Assembly (NCBI GenBank): GCA_028826165.1
Contig: JAPDFW010000066.1
Location: 434,001 to 498,000 of the forward strand
Reading direction: 5' to 3'
Origin: Anaeramoeba ignava BMAN
Taxonomy: Eukaryota; Protista; Anaeramoebae
Length of the DNA: 64,000 bases
A program made the position numbers and the translations under genes. Below, one piece after another: positions 10,064 through 21,993 of this stretch (the stretch's first letter is position 1; each line of letters starts with the position of its first letter). The notes under the pieces were generated by a model, which was not told the DNA's origin, did not search any database, and worked only from the letters and a program-made list of their open reading frames with translations.

Positions 10064-12284
10064 ATGTCACATTCTACACACAGTCATGAAAAATCGAACT
10101 CTAGAAGTTCAACTCATAGTTCACGGTAAGTAAATATAAAATAAAATACAAAATGGAAAAAAAAATTTTTATAAAAAAAAATAATTTATATAAAAAAAAA
10201 TAATATAAAAAAAGGTATATTGTGTTTCAATTGCTTTATTTTTATTCTTTTTTCATTCTATTAATGAACATTTGTTGTTAATATCAATTATTATTTGCTT
10301 CTTTGAGATCAATTCAAATCAGATTTTTGTTTATTTTATTCATTTTTCAATGTGTTTTAATGTTCAAATTTTTCTGATTTTTTGTCTATTTTTAATGTTG
10401 TTGATTCAAAAAAATAATAATTGATCCTTGGAAAAAAAAAGTTCACGTTCCCATTCTCGTTCGTATTCAAAAACTAGAAGTTATTCTGATTCAAGAACAC
10501 GAAGTTCTAGAAGGTAATTTTAATTTTTAATTTTAATTTTTAAATCAATTTTAATTTTTAAATCAATTTTAATTTTTAAATCAATTTTAATTTTAATTAT
10601 AATTTTAATTTGAATTTTAATTTTAATTATAATTTTAATTTTAATTTTAATTATAATTTTAATTTTAATTTTAATTTTAATTTTAATTTTAATTTTAATT
10701 TTAATTTTAATTATAATTTTTAATTTTAATTTTAATTTTAATTTTAATTTTAATTTTAATTTTAATTTTAATTTTAATTTTAATTTTAATTTTAATTTTA
10801 ATTTTAATTTTAATTTTAATTTTAATTTTAATTTTAATTTTAATTTTAATTTTAATTTTAATTTTAATTTTAATTTTAATTTTAATTTTAATTTTAATTT
10901 TAATTTTAATTTTAATTTTAATTTTAATTTTATTTTTATTTTTATTTTTAATTTTAATTTTAATTTTAATTTTTAAATCAATTTTTAGCTCTCCAAGATC
11001 ACATAGAAAATCAAATGAGCAAAAAAAAAAGGATCCAGAGCAAAAACCTAGAATGTTACATGTTAGAAATTTAACTCGAAATGTTACTGTTACTCATTTA
11101 GAGGAAATTTTTGGAAAATATGGTGTTATTGAAGTTTGTTATTCTTTTTTTCTTTTCAAAATTCAAAACCAAATTCAAAATCAAATTCAAAATTCAAATT
11201 AATTTAAATCAAAATTCAAAATCAAAATTCAAAATCAAAATCAAAATCAAATCAAAATCAAAATTCAAAATTAAATTAATACGATTCTAGAACGTAAATT
11301 TTATTCAACACCCAGTAACACAAGTTCCATTGGGTGTTGCTTATTTAACATTTAAAACATATGAAGAAGCATTAGAAGCAAAAATTCATATGGATCAAGC
11401 TCAATTAGATGGAAATTTTTTAATTATTTCATTTTTTGATGAAAATGATAAAGATAAAATAACATCAAAAAAAAAACGTTCAGATTCTAGATCTCCATCT
11501 CCATCATACAGAAGGTTTTCTCTCAAAATTAAAATTAAATTCAAATTTAAATTAAAATTCAAATTAAATTCAAATTAAATTCAAATTCAATTCAAATTAA
11601 ATTCAAATTAAATTTAAATTTAAATCCAAATTCAATTCAATTCAATTCAAATTTAAATTCAATTCAAATTAAAATTCAAATTCAAATTAAAATTCAAATT
11701 CAAATTAAAATTCAAATTAAAAATTCAATTCAAATTAAAATTCAAAATTCAATTCAAAATTCAAATTCAAATTAAATTTAATTCAATTCAAATTCAATTC
11801 AAATTCAATTCAAATTCAATTCAAATTCAATTCAAAATTCAAATTCAATTCAAAATTCAATTCAACCAAATTAAAATTAAATTCAAAATTTAAATTCAAT
11901 TCAAAATTTAATTCAAATTAAAAAAATGAAAAGATATAATTCAAATTATAGATATTCAGGAAGTCGTAAAAGACCTGCTAAAAGTGATACTTGGTCAATA
12001 AATGATAGAGAACGTTCTCCAAGAAGAAGAACCTATCATAGAAGAAATCATTCTCGTTCAAATTCTCGTTCATATTCACGTTCTCCTTCGTAATTAAATT
12101 TTAATTATAAATTTTTAATTTCAAATTATAAATTTAATTTTAATTTTAATTTTTAATTTTTAATTTCAGTTATTCTCGCAATTCTTATTCAAAATCTCGT
12201 TCAGTTTCAAACTCAAAATCTTATTCTAAATCTTATTCTAGATCTCCTTCAAAATCAGTTTCAAAATCACCAATTCGCAAATAA
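10064..12284 (+). CDS. RNPS1: RNPS1/SR45-like RRM protein with flanking Ser/Arg-rich regions (multi-exon)
   Basis: Spliced exons (10064-10125, 10442-10513, 10989-11133, 11291-about 11514 and two more) give RS-rich ends and the RRM MLHVRNLTRNVTVTHLEEIFGKYG...GVAYLTF...EALEAKIHMDQAQLDG. This matches the RNPS1 signature LTRNV..HI.EIF..YG / HMDGGQIDG. Confidence 0.85.
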
Positions 12285-12491
12285 TTTTTTTTTTCTTTCA
12301 TTTTCTTCTTTTTTTTTTGTTTTGAGAAAAGGAATTGATTTCTTCTTTTTTTCTCTATTTTAAGATTTATTTCAAAAGAAAAATTTAAATAAACAATTCT
12401 AAACTAAAAAAAAATTTTAAATTTAATTCTTTTTTTTTTTCATTTTTTTATTTTTATTTTTTTCTATTTTTTGTTTTTGAATTTAAACAAG

Positions 12492-15400
12492 ATGACTGAA
12501 AAGACCATTTTCCATGATTTAATGCCAAATAGTCCTACAGCAAATCTTTCAATTCCATGGTTAAATGTAAAAAAAAATTCAAAAAGCAAAATTTTAATTT
12601 AATTTATTTCATTCGATTAAAATGGTTGATTTACAATTGTTTATTTCATTTTAATTTAATTCAATTTATTCAATTCAATTCAATTCAATTTATTTATTTC
12701 GATTCAATTCAATTCAATTCAATTTATTCAATTCAATTCAATTCAATTTATTTAATTTATTTAATTTAATTCAATTCAATTCAATTTATTTAATTCAATT
12801 TATTTCTATTTATTTCAATTCAATTCAATTTATTTATTTCAATTCAATTCAATTCAATTTAATTTAATTTATTCAATTTATTTAATTCAATTTATTTCAA
12901 TTTAAAATAGGATACTGGAAATATTCAAGAAGTTACAACTTCCGATTCAGAAAAAAAACCAGATATAGAAGAAAACGAAGAAGATCAAAACAAAGAACAA
13001 GATGAAATAAATGAAAATGATTTTATTGATATGAAAATAATTTTAAAACAATGCAAAAGAAGAGTTGAAAAAAAAGTTTTATTGAATGAATTAAAAGGAT
13101 ATCTTGTTTTCTTAATTGTTTTTATGATGTTTTTATCTGCTTTAAGAGATGTTACTCTTTCTTGGGAAAGTAATTTTGGAATGACTGATCTTTTTCTTGA
13201 TGAAGAGTTTCCTCCTTCAGATACAGAAATTAAAAAAACATTTTGGGATGTTGGATCTTATGTTTGTTATTTTTTATTCTTTTTTATTCTTTTTTATTCT
13301 TTTTTATTCTTTTTTATTCTTTTTTACTAATTTTTCTTTTTATTTTTCATTTTTATTTCATTTTTATGATATAGAAGAAAAGAATTATAAAAAGTAATTA
13401 TAATTAAAATTAAAATTAAAATTAAAATTAAAATTAAAATTAAAATTAAAATTAAAATTAAAATTAAAATTAAAATTAAAATTAAAATTAAAATTAAAAT
13501 TAAAATTAAAATTAAAATTAAAATTAAATTAAAATTAAAATTATAATTAAAATTAAAATTAAAATTAAAATTAAAATTTTAATTAAAATTAAAATTAAAA
13601 TTAAAATTATAATTAAAATTAAAATTAAAATTTAATCTTAATGTTTAAAAATTAAAATTTTTATTTTTATTCTTTTTATTCTTTTTATTCTTTTTGATAG
13701 TTTTGGAATTTTTCGTTTTTATTTCAGTTTAATTTCAAGTTGGAGCAATTCGTTTTCGTTTATTAAGAGTAACATCAGGTTCTTGTAAAATCCCATCACA
13801 ATATGAAGATTTCGCAGGAAAAACATGTTATCGAGAATATAAAAATTCAAGAAAGGCAACTGAACCATTTGGTCCATCAAATATGTAACTCAAAAATTAA
13901 AATTAAAATTAATATTTAAAATATTTTTAATATTTATAAAATTAAATATTATTAAATTTAATATTTTTATATTTATATTATTTTTAATATTTAAAATTTA
14001 TATTGAAATTAATATTTTAATATTTATTAATATTTATTAAATTTTTAAAATTTATTTGGTATTTTTTAATATTTATTGATAGTATTTTTAATATTTTTTT
14101 TTATAATATTTATAATATTTTTAATATTTTTAATATTTTTTTATTTATTAAATATTTATTAATATTTTTGTAAAATCCCATAATATTTATGAAGATTTTT
14201 TAAGGAAAAACATATTTATCGAGAATATAAAATATTCAAGAAAGGCAACTGAACCATTTAATAATCAAATATGTATTTTAATATTTATATTAATATTTAT
14301 TCAATATTTTAATATTTTCAATATTTATTAATATTTATTTAATATTTAATAATATTTATTAATTTTAATATTTATAATATTTATTAATATTTTAATATTT
14401 TCAATATTTATTAATATTTATAATATTTTCAATATTTATTAATATTTTAATATTTAAATATTTTCAATATTTATTAATATTTTAATATTTAAATATTTTC
14501 AATATTTATTAATATTTTAATATTTAAATATTTTCAATATTTATTAATATTTTAATATTTAAATATTTTTAATATTTATCAATATTTATTAATATTTTTA
14601 ATATTTTCAAAGTTGGCAATATTCTTCAGCGTCAACATTAAAAACCACTTCCGAATTAGGAAGATCAGGAAGAAGTTATGAAGGAGGAGGATATGCAGTT
14701 GATTTTCCGAAAGGAACAAACAACACAGCCGCGATTGACTATCTTCAGAATAACGATTTCCTTGACAAATCAAGTCGAGCTTTATTTGTTCACATTCATC
14801 TTTACAATATAAACTCAAATCAATTTATGGCTTTGGTTCCCTTATTCGAGATTACTGCAGGTGGTTTAGTCATTCCAAGTGTTTCAATTCGTGCTTTCCG
14901 TCTTGATTTATATCCTTTTTATTATCATTTTTATTATCATTTTTATTATCATTTTTATTATCATTTTTATTATCATTTTTATTTATTTAAAAAAATTATT
15001 TACAATTTTTAATTGATTTTCTTTGACTCAAACTTACATATTTGACTGCAATTGATTATTATAGGGGAGTTCTTGAAGTTATTATAGTTCTTTTTGTTAT
15101 TTATTATACTATTTCAACAGTTAGAGATGTAAATTAAATTAAATTATTTTTTTTAAAATTAAATTAAATTAAATTATATTTATTTAAAAAAAAATTTTCC
15201 TCAATTTTTTTAATTTTTAGGTTGTCAAAACTTATTTTAACAGAGGAAATCCTCTTTTATATTTCTTTAATATTTGGAATCTCGTTGATTTTGTGAATTT
15301 AGTTGTAATTTTACTTCAAAATGATTTGAATTAAATTTAAAATTAAATTTAAAAAAAAATATTTTCATTTTCAAAAAAAAAAAAAAGTTATTTTGGGCGT

Positions 15401-18288
15401 TAATTATCATGCATATTTCCTATCTTGTTGAAGTTAACAAAACAAATGCAGATTTGGATAGCAACGATTTTGTTCCACTTTCAATTTTGGCGAAGAAATA
15501 TATGATGTTTATGTCGGTGATTTCCTTTAATGTTTTTTTGACTTGGTTCAAAATTTTTAAATTCCTTCGATTAAACAAAAGAATGCTACTACTTTGGGAC
15601 ACACTTTCAGATGTAAATGAATGTGGTTGATTTCTTTTTAGTTTTCATTGCATTGATTTCCTATTTGGATTTTTTTTGTTTTTTGTTAGGCTGCTCCTGA
15701 TATTACAATTTTTCTTACTTTCTTTCTTATTGTTTTTATTGCTTTTGCAACAATGGGTTTTGTTTTATTTGGGCCTGTTATTGATACATTTAGAGATTTT
15801 TCACAATCTATTATTACTTGTTTTCAGATGGCACTTGGTGATTTAAGTTTAGATGATCTTCGATTAGGAAATCGATTTTTAGGACCTATTGTATTTATTA
15901 ATTATTTTTAATTCAAAATAATTTACAAAATAATTTTAATTCAAAATAATTTACAAAATAATTTAATTCAAAATAAATTTAATTCAAAATAATTTTAATT
16001 CAAAATAAATTTAATTCAAAATAAATTTAATTCAAAATAATTTAATTCAAAATAATTTAATTCAAAATAATTTATTTCAAAATAATTTATTTAAAAATAA
16101 TTTAATTCAAAATAATTTATTTCAAAATAATTTATTTCAAAATAATTTATTTCAAAATAATTTATTTCAAAATAATTTACAAAATAATTTAATTCAAAAT
16201 AAATTTAATTCAAAATAAATTTAATTATAAATAATTTTAATTCAAAATAATTTACAAAATAAATTATTTCAAAATAATTTTAATTCAAAATAAATTTATT
16301 TCAAAATAATTTATTTCAAAATAATTTTAATTCAAAATAAATTTATTTCAAAAATAAATTTAATTCAAAATAATTTTATTTCAAAATAATTTTAATTCAA
16401 AATAAATTTAATTCAAAATAATTTAATTCAAAATAATTTTAATTCAATATAATTTACAAAATAATTTTCAAAATAAATTCAATTCAAAATAATTTACAAA
16501 ATAATTTTATTTCAAAATATTTCAAAAATAATTAAAATTAAAATTAAATTTAAATCAAAATTAAATCAAAATTTAATTCAAAATTTTTATTAATTTCAAA
16601 ATAATTTTTTAATTCAAAATAAATTTAATTCAAAAATAATTTAATTCAAAATATTTTAATTCAAAAATAATTTTAATTCAAAATAAATTTAATTCAAAAT
16701 AAATTTAATTTGAAGAAAAAGTTGATACAAAATAATTTAATTCAAAATAAATTTAATTCAAAATAATTTAATTCAAAATAAATTTAATACAAAATAATTT
16801 AATTATAAATATTTTAATTCAAAATAATTTATTTTTCTTTTTAATTTAAAAATAAATTTAAATTCTGAATTTAAAAATATGTTTTTTTAAAATTATTAAT
16901 CGTAAAATGAATGTTAAAAAAAAAAAAAAGCTATTAAAAATCTTTTAAAAGAAATTTTCGAAACAAATTTAAATTAAATTCAAAAATAAATTTAAAAATA
17001 AATTTAATTTTGAAATTTAAAAATGAATTTTAAAAAATTCAAAAACTTAAAGGTTTTTAAAAATAATGTTTAAAAATGTTGTCCTTCGAAAAAAAAATAA
17101 ATTTTAAAAGTTCAATTTGAAAAAAAATTTAAATGAATTTAAAGCATTAAAAAAAATGAATTTAAAAATGAATTTAAAAATAAAAATTTAAAAATGAATT
17201 TAAAAACAAATTTAAAAATGAATTTAAAAATGAATTTAAAAATAAATTTAAAAATAAATTTAAAAATGAATTTAAAAATAAATTTAAAAATAAATTTAAA
17301 AATAAATTTAAAAATAAATTTAAAATAAATTTAAAAATAAATTTAAAAATAAATTTAAAAATAAATTTAAAAATGAATTTAAAAATAAATTTAAAAATAA
17401 ATTTAAAAATAAATTTAAAAATGAATTTAAAAATAAATTTAAAAATGAATTTAAAAATGAATTTAAAAATGAATTTAAAAATGAATTTAAAAATGAATTT
17501 AAAAATGAATTTATAAATGAATTTATAAATAAATTTATAAATGAATTTATAAATGAATTTAAAAACAAATTTAAAAATGAATTTAAAAATGAATTTAAAA
17601 ATAAATTTAAAAATGAATTTAAAAATAAAAAAATTTAAAAATAAATTTAAAAATGAATTCGCTAAAATTTTGCATATTAAATCAAAAACACAAAAAAAGA
17701 AAAAAGAAGAGAGTTTAGAAGATGTTTCAGAAGTAATTATTCTTAATTTTAATTTCAATTTCAATTTCAATTTCAATTTTAATTTCAATTTTAATTTAAT
17801 TTCAATTTTAATTTCAATTTTAATTTTGATTTTAATTTTAATTTCAATTTTAATTTCAATTTTAATTTTAATTTCAATTTCAATTTTAATTTTGATTTTA
17901 ATTTTGATTTTAATTTCAATTTTAATTTTGATTTTAATTTTAATTTCAATTTTAATTTTGATTTTAATTTTGATTTTAATTTCAATTTTAATTTTAATTT
18001 TAATTTCAATTTTAATTTTGATTTTAAATTTTAATTTTAATTTTAATTTTAATTTCAATTTTAATTTCAATTTTAATTTCAATTTTAATTTTAATTTCAA
18101 TTTCAATTTCAATTTCAAAACAGGTATTGAAATCTGAATATGAATCACTACAACAATCTTTAGGAAAATTGGAAGAAAGGGTTAATCAATTAACAAGTGA
18201 TAACAATAATGATAACAATAACAATAATAATGATAACAATAACAATAACAATAACAATAATGATAACAATAATGATAACAATAATTGA
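12492..18288 (+). CDS. PKD2: Polycystin-2 (TRPP/PKD2-like) cation channel, multi-exon; S6 exon and one TOP-domain exon are corrupted in this assembly
   Basis: TOP domain: GAIRFRLLRVTSGSC.IP, EPFG, YEGGGY, LD..SRA.FV....YN.N, FE..AGG.VIPS. S4: FLTWFKIFKFL.LNK.M. Pore: FA..G..LFG..ID.F..F.QSIITCFQMALGD...LRLGNRFLGPI. C-terminal coiled coil and poly-Asn end at TGA 18286-18288. Confidence 0.9.
14910..15037 (+). other. AT-AC intron with U12-type (minor spliceosome) signatures, 128 nt
   Basis: 5' end ATATCCTTTT; branch-like TTTTCTTTGAC at 15017-15027; 3' end ...CTTAC. Removal restores RLDL-YLTAIDYYRGVLEVII, collinear with PKD2 KLIRYVTTFDFF...EII. Confidence 0.85.
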
Positions 18289-18561
18289 AAGTGAATTCTT
18301 TTTGGATTTTATTTTGAATTTTGGATTTTGGATTTTGGATTTTGGATTTCTTTTTATTCTTTTTTTTGGAATTTATTTTTTAATTTCTTTTTTTTTTTGA
18401 AATTTCTTTTTCAAGTTTCTTTCCATTGGTTTTAATAAAAAAACAGAAAAATGATTTTCATTTTTTTCCTTTTTTTTCTTTTTTGTTCTTCTTTTCCTTT
18501 TTTTCTTTTTTTCCTTTTTTTGTTCTTCTTTTCTTTAAAATTAATTTAAAATTAATTTAAA

Positions 18562-19645
18562 ATGTCTAATCAAGACGATGAAATTGAAAAAGCATTACAA
18601 TTAACATTACAATTAGGAGCACAATTTGGATGGGGAGGAGGTACAGCAGTTAAAACCGAAACAAAACCAAAAACAACAGGAAGAACAACAAGAAAATCAC
18701 CACAAAAAATAGAAAGAACAAATTATCAACGAACAAGTTATCAATCAAGAGAATCACCAAAACAAGAACCACAAAGAACACAAATTCACAATGTCAGTCC
18801 ACAAAAAACAAGTTATCAATCAAAACCAACACAAAAAAAACAACAACAACTTATCAAACAAGAACAAATTGGAAAGAACCTGAACCAAAAAGAAGTTCTC
18901 CAAAAGTTGAACCAAAAACAACAACAACTTATCAAACAAGAACAAATTGGAAAGAACCTGAACCAAAAAGAGTTCTCCAAAAGTTGAACCAAAAACAACT
19001 TCAACTTATCAAACAAGAACAAATTGGAAAGAACCTGAACCAAAAAGAGTTTCTCCAAAAGTTGAACAACCCAAAACAACAACAACTTGGAATAAACCGA
19101 ATTATTATAAAAATGATTATTATCAAAATGATTCTTATAAAAATGATTCTTATAAAAATGATTATTATAAAAATGATTCTTATAAAAATGATTCTTATAA
19201 AAATGATTCTTATAAAAATGATTCATATCAAAATGATTCTTATCAAAATGATTCTTATAAAAATGATTCTTATAAAAATGATTCTTATAAAAATGATTCT
19301 TATAAAAATGATTCTTATAAAAATGATTCTTATCAAAATGATTCTTATCAAAATGATTCTTATAAAAATGATTCTTATAAAAATGATTCTTATAAAAATG
19401 ATTCTTATAAAAATGATTCTTATAAAAATGATTCTTATAAAAATGATTATTATCAAAATGATTCTTATCAAAATGATTCTTATAAAAATATTCAATCCCA
19501 AATAAATGGAATTGATAATCAGATCGAAGAAATTTTTCAAGAAATTGAATATATTCGAATGGAAAAAGATCAACAAATTAATAAATTAGAAAAGGAAATA
19601 GAAATTTTACAAAAACAAAAGGATGCTCTTCTGGATTTAATTTAA
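18562..19645 (+). CDS. Short paralog of the downstream repeat protein: shared N-terminus, (K/Q)NDSY repeats and a coiled coil, no WH2; frameshifted in the assembly
   Basis: First about 270 nt are nearly identical to 19757 onward. A 15-nt tandem repeat spans 19100-19490. The ORF ends KNIQSQING...DALLDLI* at 19645. Confidence 0.6.
19100..19490 (+). repeat. Coding 15-bp minisatellite (AAAAATGATTCTTAT, about 25 copies)
   Basis: Directly visible. It reads (K/Q)NDSY in the frame continuous with the downstream coiled coil. Confidence 0.85.
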
Positions 19646-19756
19646 TTATTAATTAATAATAATAAATTTCAAATAATAAATTTCAATTTGAAAAATTTTT
19701 TTGCTTTTTTTTTCATTTTTTTTTTTTTCATTTTTTTTCTTTAAAATTAATTTAAA

Positions 19757-21573
19757 ATGTCTAATCAAGACGATGAAATTGAAAAAGCATTACAATTAAC
19801 ATTACAATTAGGAGCACAATTTGGATGGGGAGGAGGTACAGCCAGTTAAAACCGAAGCAAAACCAAAAACAACAGGAAGAACAACAAGAAAATCACCACA
19901 AAACACAGAAAGAACAAATTATCAACGAACAAGTTATCAATCAAGAGAATCACCAAAACAAGAACCACAAAGAGCACAAATTCGCAATGTCAGTCCACAA
20001 AAAACAAGTTATCAATCAAAACCAACACAAAAAACAACAACAACAACTTATCAAACAAGAGTATCCCCCAAAAAGGAAACACAAAAAGCAGAAATTCGTA
20101 ACGTTAGTTCACAACAAAGAACTTCGCCACAAAGAAGTTCTCCAAAAAATGAACCAAAAACAACTTCAACTTATCAATCAAGAACAAATTGGAAAGAACC
20201 TGAACCAAAAAGAGTTTCTCCAAAAGTTGAACCAAAAACAACTTCAACTTTTCAATCAAGAACAAATTGGAAAGAACCTGAACCAAAAACAGTTTCTCCA
20301 AAAAATGAACCAAAAACAACAACAACTTATCAATCAAGAACAAATTGGAAAGAACCTGAACCAAAAAGAGTTTCTCCAAAAAATGAACCAAAAACAACTT
20401 CAACTTTTCAATCAAGAACAAATTGGAAAGAACCTGAACCAAAAAGAGTTTCTCCAAAAGTTGAACAACCCAAAACAACAACAACTTGGAATAAACCTAA
20501 AACAGAAGAACCTAAAATCGAAAAACCAAAAACAACTTGGAATCAACCTAAAACTGAAGAACCTAAAATCGAAAAACCTAAAACAACTTGGAATCAACCT
20601 AAAGTTGAAGAACCTAAAATTGAAAAACCAAAAACAACTTGGAATCAACCTAAAACTGAAGAACCTAAAATTGAAAAACCTAAAACAACTTGGAATCAAC
20701 CTAAAACTGAAGAACCTAAAATTGAAAAACCAAAAACAACTTGGAATCAACCTAAAACAACTTGGAATCAACCTAAAGTTGAAGAACCTAAAATCGAAGA
20801 ACCTAAAATTGAACAAAATGATTCTTTCCAAAATCAACAAGAAAATTCAGATTCAAATATTCAATCGCAAATCAACCAAATTGAGACTCAAATTGACAAA
20901 ATTGAAAAAGAAATTGAAAAGCTTCAAACAGAAGAAGACAAGAAAATCGAGCGATTAGAAAAAGAGCTTGAAATGCTACAAAAAGAAAACGAAGATCTTC
21001 TCAATCAATCAAAAACAACAGATTCAAATCAACTCGATTATCTCGAAAAAGAACTGGAAGAATTAATGACAGAAAACAAAAGCCTAAAAAGTCGATCACA
21101 AGAAGAAGTTGAGGAAAGAATAGTTGATGAACAGAAAATTCGGGAATTGAACAAAAAACTGGAAGAGTTGATGATGCAATACGATTCAATTGAAGAGCAA
21201 GAGGTCAACGAACAACCAAAACAAGGAGGACCACCACCACCCATTAACAGAGGACCACCACCACCAACAGGCGGACCACCACCTCCTATTCCTACAAGAG
21301 GGACCTCCACCGCCAACAGGAGGAACTCCACCACCAACGGATTCTTCTCCTCCTAATTCAATGAATTCTGCTCTTTTATCTTCCATTAATAACTTCTCGA
21401 AAAATAAACTCAAGAAAGCCAAAACTAATGACAGAAGCTCTCCTATTATCTCAGGAAAATCTGATAGTGGTAATTCTGGTGGTGGAACTACAAGATCAAC
21501 TCCTTCAAATCCTCTTTTGGCTGAAATGCAAAAAAAACGTGGTGGTTTGAAATCAAGAGGAAAACGTTTTTAA
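19757..21573 (+). CDS. Repeat-rich protein with coiled coil, polyproline tracts and C-terminal WH2 (verprolin/WIP-type) motif; two apparent 1-nt frameshifts (about 19841 and 21300)
   Basis: MSNQDDEIEKALQL start; SRTNWKEPEPKRVSPK and KTTWNQPKTEEPKIEKP repeats; GGPPPP tracts; ALLSSINNFSKNKLKKAKTNDRSSPII matches WIP/verprolin WH2 (ALL..I....LKK..TNDRS.P). Confidence 0.75.
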
Positions 21574-21993
21574 TTTTCTTTTAATTTTTTTACCAATTCA
21601 AAATTTTTTTTTCCCTAATTCCACTTTTTTTTTTCTTTTCAAAATTTCAATTCAATTCCAAAAAACAAAATTAAAAACAAAATCAAAACAAAATCAAAAC
21701 AAAAATTTCTTTTCTTTTTTTTTTAAATTTAATTTGCTTTCACTTTTATTTCTTATACTTTTTTTTTTGTTCTTTTTTGGTTTTTTTTTTATTGGAAAAA
21801 GTAAATTAATTCTCAAAAAAAATAAAAACCAAAAAAGAAACAAACAATCAAAAAAAAAAAAATCCAAAAGAGAAATTGAAAAAAAAAAACAAAAAGAATT
21901 TAGCAAAAAAAAATTGTTTTTTTTCTGAAGCAATAACAGTATTTGCTTAACAAAAAGAAAAAGAAAAGAAAGAGAGAAAAACAAATATTGAAA

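Noticed and set aside
17174-18148. Long low-complexity ORFs (LKLKLK, ILILIL, FKFI), also at 24571, 34851, 39503, 40427 and 63244
   Set aside because: Stop-free frames of intronic or intergenic microsatellites; not genes.
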